Assembly: GCA_004431415.1 (NCBI GenBank) | Contig: QPMI01000623.1 | Location: 1-64,000 of the forward strand | Length of the DNA stretch: 64,000 bases | Reading direction: 5' to 3' | Source of the DNA: Cyanophora paradoxa CCMP329 | Lineage: Eukaryota > Plantae > Glaucophyta | Part shown: positions 46,221 to 59,504 of the stretch, piece by piece | Numbering within the stretch: the first letter of the stretch is position 1 | Layout: the number at the start of each line of letters is the position of its first letter | Made by a program: the position numbers and the translations under genes | The notes under the pieces: generated by a model | What the model was told of the DNA's origin: nothing | The model's database searches: none | What the model saw: the letters and a program-made list of their open reading frames with translations, nothing else

Positions 46221-49200
46221 TCAGCTGAGCTTCATGGATGCCTCGTAGTACCTGGACCAGCGCCAGGCGACGAACAGGCTGATGCCGAAGACGCCAAGCC
46301 CGAGGAAGAGGATCCCCACCTGCAGGCCGCAGCCCGTCAGGCCCCTCGCCCCACGCCGCGCGGCGGGGCGGGGCGGGCAGCACGCGCCTCAGCAGACGTC
46401 TCACTGCGGATAAACAGGCGGATGCCGATGCCGTCCGGCCAGCTGCGCGCGCGCCACGGTAAGGGGCGGGCGGAGGGCGGGGTTGTGGGTGGGGTCGGGC
46501 GCACTAGGACTCCGCCCAGAGGGGGTCGCTTCCTGCTGTGCTCACCACCTTGTAGCGCAGGGTCTGCCGGCCCGTGGCGTGAGCGGCCCGGGCGCAGACG
46601 CGTGGCGCCGTGCGGGGCGGGGGCGGCGGCGGGGGCGGGGGCGGCGGACGGAGTAGGAGGTGTCGCGCTGGAAGCCCGGGGAAAGGGCCTCGCTGTAGTT
46701 CACCGAGACGCGCGCGCACCGCCGCACCGCGAGCACGCAGTACTCCTGCCGCCCCGTCACGCCAGGCGCCGCGGCGGGGCGGGGGAGGGGGCCGACCTGC
46801 CAGATGTTGGCGGGGTCCTTGGGGCAGTCGCTGTTGCTGCTGCACGAGGTCATGCTGCTCGCCGTGCTGATCGACGCGTTCACGAACATCTGCGCCCCAC
46901 CCGCCCCGCTCGCCCCGCCCAGCGCGGCGCGCAGCGGGGCGGGCGGGTGGCGGGCGGGGGGCGGACGGCGCCGACGAGGGCGGGGACGGGCCGGAGGCTC
47001 GTGTCGGCCACGGAGACGTAGAGGGACATCGGCCCGCTCGCTGGGACCCGCTCGGGCGGGGCGGGGCGGGGCAGGCGGGCGGGGGCGGACGGGCGACGAG
47101 GTTGGGGAGGAGGGTGCGGAAGAGGCTGCAGGTCGCGTCCACGAGGAAGCAGTTCAGCACCTCCTCCACCTGCCTCCCCGCGTGAGGCCCTGCCAGCGCC
47201 CGCCACCGCCCCGGGGCCCCGGGGGCGGACCTGGGCGCAGTTGGCCTGGATGAGGTCGATCTCGGGGAGGCTCGCGTTGCCGGCCGCTGCCGCGTAGAGC
47301 AGCCGCCCCAGGAACGTGCCGGCGCGGCACACGTCCCCCGCCGCCGCCTGCCCCGCCCCGTCGAATCGGGAGTGGAAGAAGCTGCGGGGCGTGAGGGGCG
47401 TGGTGCGGGGGCGGGGGTCGTGGGCGGACGGGTTGGAGTAGGCCTGGTCGTGCTCGGCGAGGAGGAGGTGCGGGATGCCGGGGCGCCCCTCCAGGAAGCT
47501 CCCCAGCGAGGAGGGCGGCAGCGTCGCCCCGCTCGCCCCCTGTAGCTCCACTGCAGCCCCGCTCGCCACCGCCACAAATGGGCGCGCCCGGGCATGCACG
47601 GGCGGGCGCACCGAGGGACGGGTAGCGGGCGGCGAGGGCGGAGGCGAGGGCGGCGAGCTCGTCGTTGGCGGAAGAGCTCCCCGCCGGCCCCTCCTGGAAC
47701 CGGAAGAGCCGCCGCGAGTCCGCTGCGGCGCCGCTCATGCGGGGGCGGGGCGCGCGGGGCGGGGCGCGGGGCGGGGCGCGCGAACGCACGGGCGGCGCCG
47801 GCGGCGAGGCGGCCGACGTGGCGGGCCTGGATGACCGCCGCGACCTGCCGGCCGGCCTCGGCGGGGGCTTGCGGGGCGCCGTGCGGGCGGGCGGGCGGGG
47901 CGCACGTCGCTGAGGCTCGCGAAGGCGAAGGCGGCGGCGGCGTCGGCGGTGGTGAGGCGGCGGACGAAGGCGCGGGAGCCGATGTTGCCCCACTGCTCCC
48001 CGTTGAAGGCCCCGAACGCGATCTGCCGCGGCAGCGACGCCAGCCGGCCCTTCACCTGCGCGTCGCTCGGCCGGCGCCGGCCGCGGCGGGGCCGGGAGGG
48101 GGCGGACGGGGCCGAGGGCGTAGGCGGCGGCGACGGTGGCGACAAGGCCGGAGAGGTCGGCGTCGGCCCCGTACGAGAGGTCGTGGAAGAAGGCCGCGCT
48201 GCGCCCAACGCCCCGCTCGCCTCCCCGCCCCTCGCCGCGCACGGCGCGCGGGGCTCGGGGCGGCGGGGCGCGCCTGTCGATGCCGGTGGCGGCGAAGACG
48301 ATGGGGCGGCGGACTTCCTTCGCGTCGAAGGGCGCGTTGAGCGTCGCGAGCACCGACTGGCCCCCGAGCGGCAGGCACTTCCCTGCGCGCGGGTGGGCAC
48401 GAGCTAATGCCCCCGCCCCCGCGGACCCGCGGCGCGCGCACCCTCCGCGATGCAGTCCGTGGACGTGCCCGAGGCCTGCCGGCGGCTTGTCGGGGCGCGC
48501 CCGGAGGGAGCGGGCGGCCGGGCGCACGAGCATCTCGGCGTTGATCTGGATCGCGTACGAGCCGATGTACCCCGCCCGCTCCTCGTTGTACACCCCCGCC
48601 TGCCGCGCCGGCCTCGACCGGGCGAGCGCGGGAGGAGCCCCGCGGGGCGGCACCTGCCGGATGTCGTTCACGTACTCCTGCTTGATGTACCAGATCGGGA
48701 ACCCGAATTCCTGGAACGTGAGGCCGTCCCCCTGCACAGCCCGATCAACCGCGCACCGCCCGCATGCGCCCCCAGAAAGGAGCAAACCGGCTGGTTCCAC
48801 ACTTGACTCGGCGCGGGGCTCACGCCGAAGGATCCCGGGAACGGCAGGTCCGGCGAATACGCCGCTGCGGCTTGGCATAAGCCGTCCACGTTCGAGGCGC
48901 GGGGCGGCCTACGCACAGAAGGGCCGCGTCCCGTTCTGGGCGACGATGATGCCGGCGACCTTCCCGACGCTCGCGAGCTTCGTCAGCGCCGGCCTGCGCG
49001 CGTGCATTCGCCGGGGAGCGCTTTGGAGCGCAGGCCTGCCCGGAGCGCGCACCCCGTCGAGAAGATCTCATGCAGCAGGATGACTTGCGAGTCTCCCGGC
49101 GGGCTGCTGACGAAGCTGTCGAACTGCGACTGCGTGAGAATGTTCCGCACTTTGCCGACCACGCCCCCGCTGGGTGCTGCGGCCGGGCCGGTCATTCGCA

Positions 49201-49494
49201 TACGTGGTTAATGCAGGAGGCCCTCGCACCGGTGCAGCCGACGCGGCCGTTCTTGTGCAGAAGCCGCACACAGGGATATCCAGGGATATCCTTGTACATC
49301 AAGTCGTAGATCTCCTTCATGTTGTCTGACGGCTTCAGCAGGCCGTGCGAGGCGGACACTGCAGAACCAGTCAGCAGCGCCCGGGAGCCCGGAGGTCCGT
49401 ACAGCTCGCGGAAAGGATGGCACGCACGAAGGCACATCAGACACAGTGCGGCGAGCGCCCACGGCGGGTGCGGGGCCGCCTGTGGCCGCGCCAT
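46221..49494 (-). CDS. NCSTN: Nicastrin (gamma-secretase subunit)
   Basis: Signal peptide, PCVRLL...GRVGC, WN.PGDGL..EFGFPI, CLPLGGQSV, DSAAFFHDLSYGAD..SGLV, FNGEQWGNIGS, LPPSSL.SFL, FHSRFD, WAES, C-terminal TM. Confidence 0.93.
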
Positions 49495-49717
49495 CCGCCC
49501 GACCGTGAAAGTCTCCTCTCGTCTTGCAAAGAGGTCGTGTCGTCCTCAAAGAAGCTTTGAGTTCCCAACCTCCAGCTCCTCCTGTGACCCTCTCAATTTG
49601 CGTTCGAGTGTTCGGGGCCCGGAGAGCCCTCTTTCCGGCATCAGACCCGCAGCGCAGCTAGAGCAGCGGATCCCGGAACGCAGCAACAGAGCAGTCCATT
49701 AGAGCGATCCGATATCT

Positions 49718-51543
49718 ATGGCGGACGAGCCGCAGGAGCGCGATTTGAGCGCGCACGACCTGTCGGCGGAATACGCGGGTGAGTCCCGCCGTCGCTGGGC
49801 CCGTCCGCTTGTCCCGCCGTATTCCTAGCTAGCACGCCTCGTCAATGCGTAGCGCGCCGGGCCCCACTTGAAATAGCTCAAGCGTACGCCAGGGGCACGC
49901 TGCGCTGCCCGTTGTGCCGGCTGGGCGTCTGACGGGCTTCTATGAACGAAGATCACTTGTAGCTAACCTCCCGCCGCGCAGAGTTCGTGAAACAGTACAA
50001 AATCAAAGCGAAGGAGTTTGTCGTGGACGCCCGGCCATCCGTGGAAAGCCTCGCAAGCGCCAGGCAAGCAGGACGCTGCGCGCCTTAAGCTTCTCTGCGA
50101 CACTCACACGCCTACACGACGCAGCTCATCGCTGCTGCTGCTGAAGGGGAGCCAGCTCGAGTTCTTTGAGAACCGGCTGAAGTCGGCGGAGCTCTTCCCG
50201 ATCGCAGAGGCGCTGCGGATCTCGAACCTGAGCGTGCAGGCCATCGACCTCTCGTACCAGCACCTCGACGACGCCGCCGCCGCCGCCTTCGCCCGCATCT
50301 TGAACGCGAGCCCCGCCCCGGCCCACCGCCCGCCCCGCCCCCCCCTCCGGCTGACCCCGCCGGCAGGGGAACAAGACCCTGCAGTCCCTCAGCCTGCAGG
50401 GGAACCGCATCGGCATGAAGGGCCTGCAGGTGCCCCCGCCCGCCGCGCAGTGCCCCCGCATCTGCGCCGGCGCCGCCTGATGCGCATGCCAGGCGATTGC
50501 CAACGCGCTGCTGAGGTGCGGGGCCGGTGGAGCGCCGCGCGTGAGCGGGGCGAGGCAGGGCTAAGGGACGCGCAGCAACACGGTGCTGGGGCGGATCGAC
50601 CTGAGCGAGAACCCGCTGGGGGACAAGGCGGGGGAGGTGATCGGCGCGGTCATCCGCGGGAATCAAACGTTGCGGGAGCTGCGGGTCGGCTCGTGCGAGC
50701 TGGGAACGAACGCCCTCCTCGCGATCGCCCTCGCCCTGCGCGACAGCAAGGCCCGCCCCGCCCCCGCCCCCGCCCGTCCTGCGGTCGCACGAGGGCCGAT
50801 GCGCGAGGCGCGCAGACGCTGCGAGTGCTGTCGGTGGAGAACCCGCGGCTCTTCTCGCTGCAGGAGGAGACGACGGTGCACCTGGCGCGGGCGCTCCTGC
50901 CTGGCTGCTCCCAGCTCCAAACCCTCCACCTCGGCAAGAACGCCGTCCGGGACTACGGCTGCGAGCAGGCCCGCCCCGCCGCCCGGCCCCGCCGCCCCGG
51001 CTCGCCTCGGGGGCGGCTGAGCTCGAGGGTGGCGGGGGCGGCAGATCTGCGACGTGCTGGCGCGGAACGTGCACCTGACGTCGCTGGACCTGCGCTGCAA
51101 CAAGGTGACGATGGAGGGCGCCAAGGCCGTCGCCCGCCTCCTCGTCGCCAGCCGTACCCTCTGCTCACTCTCCCTCGACCACAACTTCGTGCGCAACGAG
51201 GGGGCCTTCGCCATCGCCGCCGCCCTCCGCTCCAACAACACCCTCGAGTCGTGCGCCCCGCGCCCGCCGCCGTTGCGCGCGCCGCGGGGCGCGAGGCGGG
51301 GGGCGGCGCAGGCTGAACCTCGCGAGCAACGGGATCGGGGACGAGGGGCTGGCGGAGCTGGCGGGGGCGCTGGGGAGCAACCTGGCGCTGCGGGAGCTCT
51401 TCCTGTGGGGCAACGAGTTCGGGCAGGGGGCGGGGCGGGCGTTCCTCGAGCTGCTCGCCTCCCCCGCGACCTCCATCCGGCGCACCGACTTCCGCCCCTA
51501 CGCCCAGGACGCCCTCTTCCTCATCGCCCAGGTCGCCCCCTAG
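49718..51543 (+). CDS. LRRC34: RNI-like leucine-rich repeat protein, LRRC34-like
   Basis: 28-residue RNI repeats; LFSLQEETTVHLARAL and C-terminal LWGNEF..TDFRPY resemble LRRC34. Confidence 0.8.
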
Positions 51544-51935
51544 CGCCAGCCGCCCCCGCCCCCGCCCCGCCCCGCTGGTGGATTGTCAAGGTTCGATATC
51601 GATGGCGGCTCCAGCGCGCGCCGCCCCGCCCCGCCGGCAGCTCCCGCGCGTCGCAACGGAATATTTATTACAAGCAGAAGGGAATGAATGCATAGACTGT
51701 GACGCTCTAGACAGCAACTCTACACAGCGGGAACATGGGCGTGCAAAGCAGAGCGCCGCCGAAGGGCGCTCTGCGGCAAAAGTACAGGAGTTCGGGGCCC
51801 GGGGGCAGGGGCCGGCTACCGGAAGGCGCTCTGGAGGAGGGCGGCGGCCTGCGGGTCGGGGGGGATGACCTTCACGAGCGTCGGGTCGCTGACGAGGGCC
51901 TCCAGGCTCGGCATCGGCGGCGCGGCGTCGGGGTC

Positions 51936-54900
51936 CTAGGCAGACGGCACCTGCGGCGTGAGCGGGTCGCCAACGCGATCCTCTCACGTGCCGCGAACAA
52001 AGGGGGCGGACCTTCGCCGCCGGCTGATCGAACTTGACCTGCGTGCCCACCACCGAGTTGAGGTCGATCGCCCTGCGCGCCCCGCGAGGTCAGCGCGGGG
52101 GGTGCGGCGAGGGCGAGGGCGGGGCGGGGCGCGCTTGTAGTCCTCCTCGAGGCAGAAGACGATGGCGGAGCGGGAGGGGAGGTAGATCTGGATGGAGTGC
52201 GCGCGGTTGTTCCAGCCGTCGCCGGCAACGAACTTGGTCTTGGGGTCGTTGCGCGAGTGGCCGCCGTACTCGGGGGCGTCCGTGTCGAGGATGATGCGGT
52301 AGGTCCCCTTCCACGAGCACCCGATGCGGTAGCCCGTGTAGCTCTGCGTCGGGTGGAAGTTGAACGCCCACACCAGCCTGCCCCGCGCCCCGTCAGCTGC
52401 CGCCGGCGAGGCGCGCGCGGGGGCGGGGAGCGGGGGCGGGGGCGGACCGGCAGGGGGAGGTGTGCTCGAAGGAGATGACCTTGTCGCCCTCGTGCTTGAG
52501 GGAGACGAAGTTCTGGGCGGTCATGAACTTGAACGCGGCGTCCAGGCGGTGCATGCCGCGCTCGAAGGCGTCCAGGAACTTGTAGCGCAGGTGGTCCGCC
52601 TCCGCGAGGTCCCACCGCCGCCGCGCGTGGTGGTAGCTGTTGCCGTTGCCCGCGCGCGGGAAGTCGATCCACTCGGGGTGCCCGAACTCGTTGCCCATGA
52701 AGCCGAGGTAGCCCTCGCCGCCGAGGGCGATGGTCAGGAGGCGGATCATCTTGTGGAGGGACATGCCGCGGTCGATGATGGGCGTGAGCGGCTGCGTCGT
52801 CGACATGTGCCAGTACATCTCCTTGTCCATGAGCCAGAAGGCGATCGTCTTGTCCCCGACCAGCGCCTGGTCGTGCGACTCGCAGTAGCCGACCGTCTTC
52901 TCCCGCCACCGCCGGTTCGTCAGCGTGTGCACGATGTGGCCCATGTCCCAGTGGTCGTCCTTGTACTCCTTCAGCAGCTTGATCCACATGTCCGGGATCG
53001 CGAGCGCCAGGCGGTAGTCGAAGCCCATGCCGCCGATCTGGACCGGCCGGCACAGCGTCGGCATGCCCGACACGTCTTCCGCGATCGTCACCGCGTCGGG
53101 GTACAGCTCGTGCACCATGTCGTTCGCCTGCCGCCGCCCGCGTCGGCGCGCGGCGGCGGAGCGGAGGGGGCGGGGCGGGAGCGGGGGCACCAGCATGAGG
53201 TAGACGCAGGACTCGACGTCGGTGTTGTCGCCGAAGTACTCGTGGTAGCCGCCCGAGAACGCGTACGCCAGGCCGTGGTGCTTGTAGAGCATCGACGTCA
53301 CGCCGTCGAAGCTGCGGGCGGCGCTCAGCGGGGGCGGGGGCGGGGCGGGGCGGGGCGGGGCGGGGCGGGGCGGGGGCCGGCGCACCGGAAGCCGTCGAAC
53401 TTGTACTCCTCGAGGTACCAGCGGAGGTTGGAGAGGAGGAAGCGGGAGACCTCCCAGTGGCCGTAGTTGAAGAGGCGCGAGTCCCACAGGTCGTGCCGCC
53501 CGCGCCCGCCCTCGTGGAAGTACTGGTGGTCCGTCCCGTCGAACGAGTTGATCCCGTCGAGCACGTTGTTCGAGGCGTGCGAGTGGACGACGTCCATCAG
53601 CACGTAGAGCCCCAGCTCGTGCGCCCGGTCGATCAGGCTCTTCAACTCCTCCGGCGTCCCTGCCCCACCTTGTCGGCGCCGGCGGGGCCGGGGGCCGGGC
53701 GGGCGGGGCAGCGGACCGCAGCGGGAGGAGATGGCGAAGAAGTTGGTCACATGGTACCCGAACGAGGCGTAGTACGCGTGCTCCATGATGGCCATCAGCT
53801 GCGCCCCGCCGCGCTCGCCGGGGGCGGGGCGGGGGCGCGGGCGCGGGGGCGCGAGCGGACCTGGACGCAGGTGTAGCCGAGGGCCTTGACGCGCGGGAGC
53901 ACGTAGTCGCGGAACTCAACGTAGGTCCCCACCTTGCACTCCGTCGTGCCCATGCCGACTGCCCGCCCCGCCCCTCAGCGAAAGCCCCACGCCGCCGCTC
54001 CGGGGGCGCGCGTGCTGCGCACCGTGCGCCTCGTAGATGCGGACGTGCTCCGGCTTCGGCGGGCGCGGCGCCTTCCACTTGTACGGCTGCGGCGGGTCCC
54101 AGTAGACGCCTGCCGGTCGTCAGCGCCGGCAGACAGGGAAGACGATATGCGCGCGGCCGCGCACCATCGAAGAGGATGCTCTTCGAGGGGTCCTGCACGA
54201 CGCGCTTGATCCAGGCGGGGATGCGGTCACCGTGCTCGCCGTTCGCGAGGACGAGGTGGCACTGCGAGAACGCGACGGGTTAAGCCCGCGAGACGAAAGC
54301 AACGCCCGCGCGGCAGGGTCGGGGTCGCGCGGCCGAAAAGGAAAGGAAAGGACGGGTGACCAGTCATCGCACCTTGACCTTCGAGCCGTGGGCGATCGCG
54401 GGGCTGCCGTCCGCCTTGTCCGGAATGCGGATGGACCAGCACCCGAACTGGTCGCGCTCGCACTTGTGCGAGTCGCGGTTCCAGCCGTCTGCGGGGGACG
54501 CGTCAGAACGCGCAAGCGCGCGAGAGAGAGGGGCGAGGGGTAGCGCGCACTGAAATCGCCCATAATGCTCAGAGAGCGAGCGCCCGGGGCCCACTCGCGG
54601 TACTCGATGTAGCCATTGCGGCGGTTGAAGCCGAACTTCTCGTAGCCGCGCGTGAATTTCTCGATGCCTCCCTCGTGCTCATCAATACGGCGCTTGAAGT
54701 CCTTGAACATGTCCATGCTGCGCGACGTACGCTCAGGTCCGGGGGCGACTGTCGTGTCAAACCTTGCGCGCATGCGCAACGCACCGCCACTTGAGGTAGC
54801 CCTGGTGGCCGCCCAGGTACGGGTCCTCCTGGAGGAGCTCATGGCAGTCGTTCGTGTACTCTGCGAGCGAAGCCGGGAGTGCACGCGTCAGACGCCACCT

Positions 54901-55085
54901 CGGCAGAGTGCACGCCAAGCGCAACGCGGGTTCTGGGGGCGCCGATCGTCATTCTAAAGGGCTTGCGTGCCCTTAAATGACTGTTCGGAAGACTGTCGGG
55001 CCCGCGGGGGCGGCTCGCGAGGAACAACGCTCTTTGCGAGCGGGGGTGACGCACGCATCGTCTGTTTCTTCTCTACCACCGCCAT
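51936..55085 (-). CDS. GBE1: 1,4-alpha-glucan branching enzyme (GH13), no transit peptide
   Basis: [90 protein letters not shown]. Confidence 0.97.
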
Positions 55086-55296
55086 GATGGCGAAGAACGT
55101 GCGGGGCCGGCGAACCGGACGAGGAGGACGGAAAGATGCGCCGGGTTGACGAACTACCACTACCCCCCGGCTTCTTCCCCGGGTTCCCCCTTGGGGCGCG
55201 CGCGAGAGCCGCTGAGCGAGCTTCAAGCTCTCTAAGTCGAGTTGCAATTGATTCGGTACAAGAATTCGAAAGAAAGAGAAATTTGACGAGGAGCGG

Positions 55297-56621
55297 CTAG
55301 CGTCGGGCGGCGAGGGCGCGGTCGAGGGCCTCGAGCTCGGGCGGGGCGAGGTGCGCGGCGGCCTCCGCCTGCGCCTCGGGGTGCGCCGCGCACGCCACCA
55401 GCAGCGCCCCCTGCGCCGCCTCCTGCGCACCAGGCGGCCCGGCGTCGGCGGAGGGCGGCAGGGGGCGGGGGACGGGGAGGGGCGCACGGCGAGGACGGGG
55501 GCCCGGAGGCGCGGGCGTCGGAGACGGCGAGGAGGGCTTTGAGGGCGGGCCAGGAGGCGGCGCCCCAGGCCCGCCCCGCCAGCCGCCCGCCGAGCCCGCC
55601 CGCCGCGAGCGCCGCCACCCCCTCGTTGCTGTCGCTCGCCATCCCCGCCAGGGCCCCCTCCATCTCTGCCGCCCCCGCTCGCGCGCGCGGCGGGGCGGGG
55701 CGGGGCGGCGGGGCGGGCGGCACCGTCGGCGAGGGCGGGGCAGGCGGCGAGGGCGGCGAGGAGGGGCACGAGGGCGCGGCGGAGCGGGGCGCGGGGTCGG
55801 CGGCGCAGAGGCGGGCGAAGCGCGGGGCGCAGGGGCCGAGGCCGGCGAGGTCGGAGGGGCCGGGGCGGGCCCCCCCGGCGGGAGCAGGAGCGCGGCGAGG
55901 GCCTCCAGCGCCGGCGCCCGCAGCGCCTCCGCGCAGGCCGCGTCGGCGAGGGCGGCGAGGGCGGGGCCGGGGCCGCCGGGGCGGCGGCGGGGTCGACGCG
56001 CCCGGCGCGCATGAGGGGGAGGAGGAGGTCGAGGGAGGCGGCGCGGAGCTCGCTGGGCGCCTCGGGGCCCACCCCCTCCAGCAGCGCCCCCACGAGCCCC
56101 GGGAGGGCCCCCCGGGGCCGCCCTCGCCACGGCGGCGGCGACGGCGAGCTGCTGGAGGGAGAAGCGCCCCGCCGCGAGCGTCTCCTCCACCAGCCGCGCC
56201 CCGTGCCGCCCGTGCGCCCCCGCCGCCCCGCCCTCCCGGTGCGCCGCGTCCAGCACCGCCTGCGCCTGCGGCCGGCGTGAGCGGCGGGGGCGCGGGTGGC
56301 GGGGGCGGGGCGGGCGGGCAGGGGCGCCTGGTCGAGCAGGGGGCGTCGAGGGGCCAGATTGCCGCCAGCCGCAGCGCGGCCGTGTAGAGCTCGTAGTCCA
56401 GCGGGCCCAGCGGCGCCGCCTCAGCGCCCTGCGCCCGTCAGCGGCGAGGAGGGGCCAAACGGGGCGGCGGGGGTGGCGCACGGGGCCCCGGCTGCAGGCG
56501 CGCACGATGCCGGCGAGGGCGTCTAGCGCGGCCGCCCGCAGCGCCGGGCTCTGCGATGCGATAAGCGGCGGGGCGGAGGGGCGGGCAAGGCGGGGGGCGG
56601 GGGGGCGGGCAAGGCGTGGGG

Positions 56622-56656
<35 letters not shown>

Positions 56657-59274
56657 CGGGGCGAACTCGGGAGGTGGCGATCTCGGGGTGGGCACAGGCG
56701 GCGAGGAGGGCGGGGAGGTGCAGGGCGAGCACGCGCGGGGTGGAGCCCGAGAGGAGGGCCCCGAGGATCTGCGGCCCGATCAGGCGGGCGGGGGGCGGGG
56801 TCGAGGAGGGGCGGGGGGCGGGCCTTGAGGGCGCGGAGGCGGGCGTCGTGGGCGTCGGAGCCGGCGAGGAGGCCGGCGGGGCCCTCGCCGAGCGCGTCCG
56901 GCAGCAGCAGCCTCAGGTACGCCTCCGGCTCCACGTACCGCCCCAGCAGCCGCGCGCACGCCAGCACCTGCGCCCCGTCGGCCCCCGGCCCCGGGCGGCG
57001 CGGCGGGGAGGGGGCGGGCCTTGGCGGAGATCTCGGGGTCGGCGACGGCGCGGCAGAGGGCGGGGAGGAGCTCGTGGCAGTCCCGCACGATGTAGCCCTC
57101 GACGTAGGGCAGCATGGCGGCGAGCAGGGCCGCGGCGTGCACCTTCGGCTTGCTCGTCCAGCTCGAGAGCTCCGCCAGCAGCGGCTTCGTGATCCCCACG
57201 TGCTGCTTCCGCACCAGCAGCCGGGCCCCGAGGCGCGGGCGGCGGGGGAAGGGCTCGGGCAGCGGCTCCGGGTGCTCCACCTCCGTCGAGTCCCCCAGGT
57301 ACTCCAGCACCTCCTGCGTGCGCCGCCCCGCCCCGCTCGCCGGGGGCGGGGCCGGGGCCGGGGCCGGGGCGGGGGCGGGGGGCGGCGCGCCTTGACCTCC
57401 TTCTCGTGGCCCTTCTCGCGCTCGAGCTGCTCGCCGAGGGCCTCGAGGTGCTCGAAGGCCGCGCCCCGCACCTCGCCGGCCTCGTCGGTGAGGGCCGAGA
57501 GGAGGTACGGGAGGAGGCGCCCCTCGTGCTCCGCCCGCTCGGGGAGGGCCTGCAGCCAGTGGAGGAGGGCCGCGTAGAAGGCCGCCCGCACCGGCGCGCT
57601 CCGGTCCGTCGCCAGCGCCGCGAAGAAGTTGACGTACGCCGCCGGCTCGTAGAAGTCGCGCACCTGCTTTTGCGTGTGAGGGCGGCGCCGCGGGGGGTGC
57701 GGGGGCGGGGGCGGGGGCCCGCCTTGAGGATGTTCGGGTCCTGCCAGCCGACCAGGTCGTAGAGGCACGCCGCCGCCCCGCACGGCACCAGCTCCCGCAC
57801 CGCCTGCCCCCGCCCCGCTCAGGCCGGCCGCGAGGGAGGGGGCGGGGCGGGGCGGGGCGGGCCTGGATGGCGGCGAGGCGGACGCGGGCGAGGCGGTTGG
57901 TGAGGGCGGGCGCCGCCCACCGCACCAGGTCCATCGACCACGTCGTCTGCGCCGCCCCCTCAGGCCCGCGCGCGCCCCGGCGGGGCGGGGCGGGCGGGGC
58001 GGGCCTTGTCGGTGTCGAAGCCGACGGAGATGGCCTGGCCGTGCTTGGGGAAGCGCAGGCGGCCCCCGATGCGCGCCACTAGGTCGCACATCGCCCCGCA
58101 CGTCTCCTGCCGCCCCCGCCCCCGTCGGCCCCCCGGCCCCCCGCCGCCGCGCGCCGGCGCGCACGATCAGGATCTCGGGGCAGTTGTCGGCCGCGGCAGC
58201 CTGCGCGGACGGCGGTTCGAGGCGGCGGCGGGGAGGGCGGGGAGGGCGGCGGCGCGGAGGGCGGGGCGGGGCGGGCGGGGCGGGCCTTGAGGACGGCCAT
58301 GAGGTCCTCGATGTAGGGGCGAGGATGGCGCCGGCGCGGCCGCCGCGGAAGTCGTAGGCGGGGTCGGGGCGGCCTCGTCGCGGGCGAGGGCGGCGGGGGC
58401 GCAGCAGGCGGCGAGGAGGGCGCGGAGGAGGCGGACGAGCTCGAGGCGGACCTCCTCGGAGGGCTCCCGCGGCGGGTGCGCCCCGAAGCGCTCCACCAGC
58501 ACGGGGAAGACGTACGGCAGCAGCGCCTCCGCGTCCCTCGACACCGCGCACAGCCTGCCCCGCCCCGCGTCACGGAGGCAGAGCGCGGCGCCGCGCGCGC
58601 CCCGCGCCCCACTCGCCTCGCGACGCTCCTCGCTGCAAGCTCCCGCACCTGCGCGCCGCCTCGGCGCGGGCGCAGCGCGCGGGCGCGGGGGCTGCCGCGG
58701 GGGCGCGACCTTCTCGCCGGGGTCGGCGAAGCGCTTGAGGAGGGGCTTGAAGAGGTCCCCCGTGAGCGCCCGCACCGTCGCCTCGGCCGCCTCCCCCTCC
58801 GCCCCCACGATCACCGCCTCCAGCCGCTCCGCCGCCCGCTTCCGCGTCCCAAGCGCCTCGTCTCCCAGCGAGTTGATGTCCCGCTGCAGCGCCTGCCGCG
58901 CGCTCTGCCCGCCCCGCCCCGTCAGCGCGCGCACCGCGCGGCGCGTGGTCGCGTGGTCGCGTGGTCGCGCACGTTCGCGTTGGAGTAGTCGAAAGCTCTG
59001 CTGGCGCCGCCGTTCACCGCCACCATGGCGTTGGAGCTCGACGCCGCCGCGGGTTGCGCGGCCGCAGCTTTCGGAGCCGGGGCTGGAGGGGCCTGCACGG
59101 GGGCTGGCGGCGCGGCAGCTGGCCCTGCAGCGGCACCCAGCGGCGGTAGACGCGGTTTTGGCCTCGCGTCCTCCTGCATGCTCTTCCAGATCTCATCGAT
59201 GTCTTCTGCAGCGTCGCTAAGCGCGGCGAGGGCGTGCAGAGAGAGGAGAGTGACGTACGGCCGGACTTCTTCAT
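55297..59274 (-). CDS. DNAAF5: Dynein axonemal assembly factor 5 (HEATR2)
   Basis: LQRDINSL, KPLLKRFADPGEKVRE, EPSEEVRL, LPERAEHEGRLLPYLLSALTD, PFPRRPRLGARLLVR, HEAT repeats. Confidence 0.88.
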
Positions 59275-59504
59275 TGCTTGACCAGTGGTGCGTGTGGCCG
59301 CTGCTGAACTACGCGAGAGAGTTCTTTGAGCGCAAGCGGCCGCCGCCCGCGCAAGTCGCGCAGTTTTTTCCGCTGCCGAGCGGCAGCTCCTAGAGCAAGA
59401 AGCGCTTCGCTGCGGGTGTCGAGCAGGAATAGCTGAGCGCCGGCCTGGCGGTGCGGTCGAAGCTATTGAGGCTGTGCAGTCAACTTGCGCGCTATGTGCT
59501 GCAG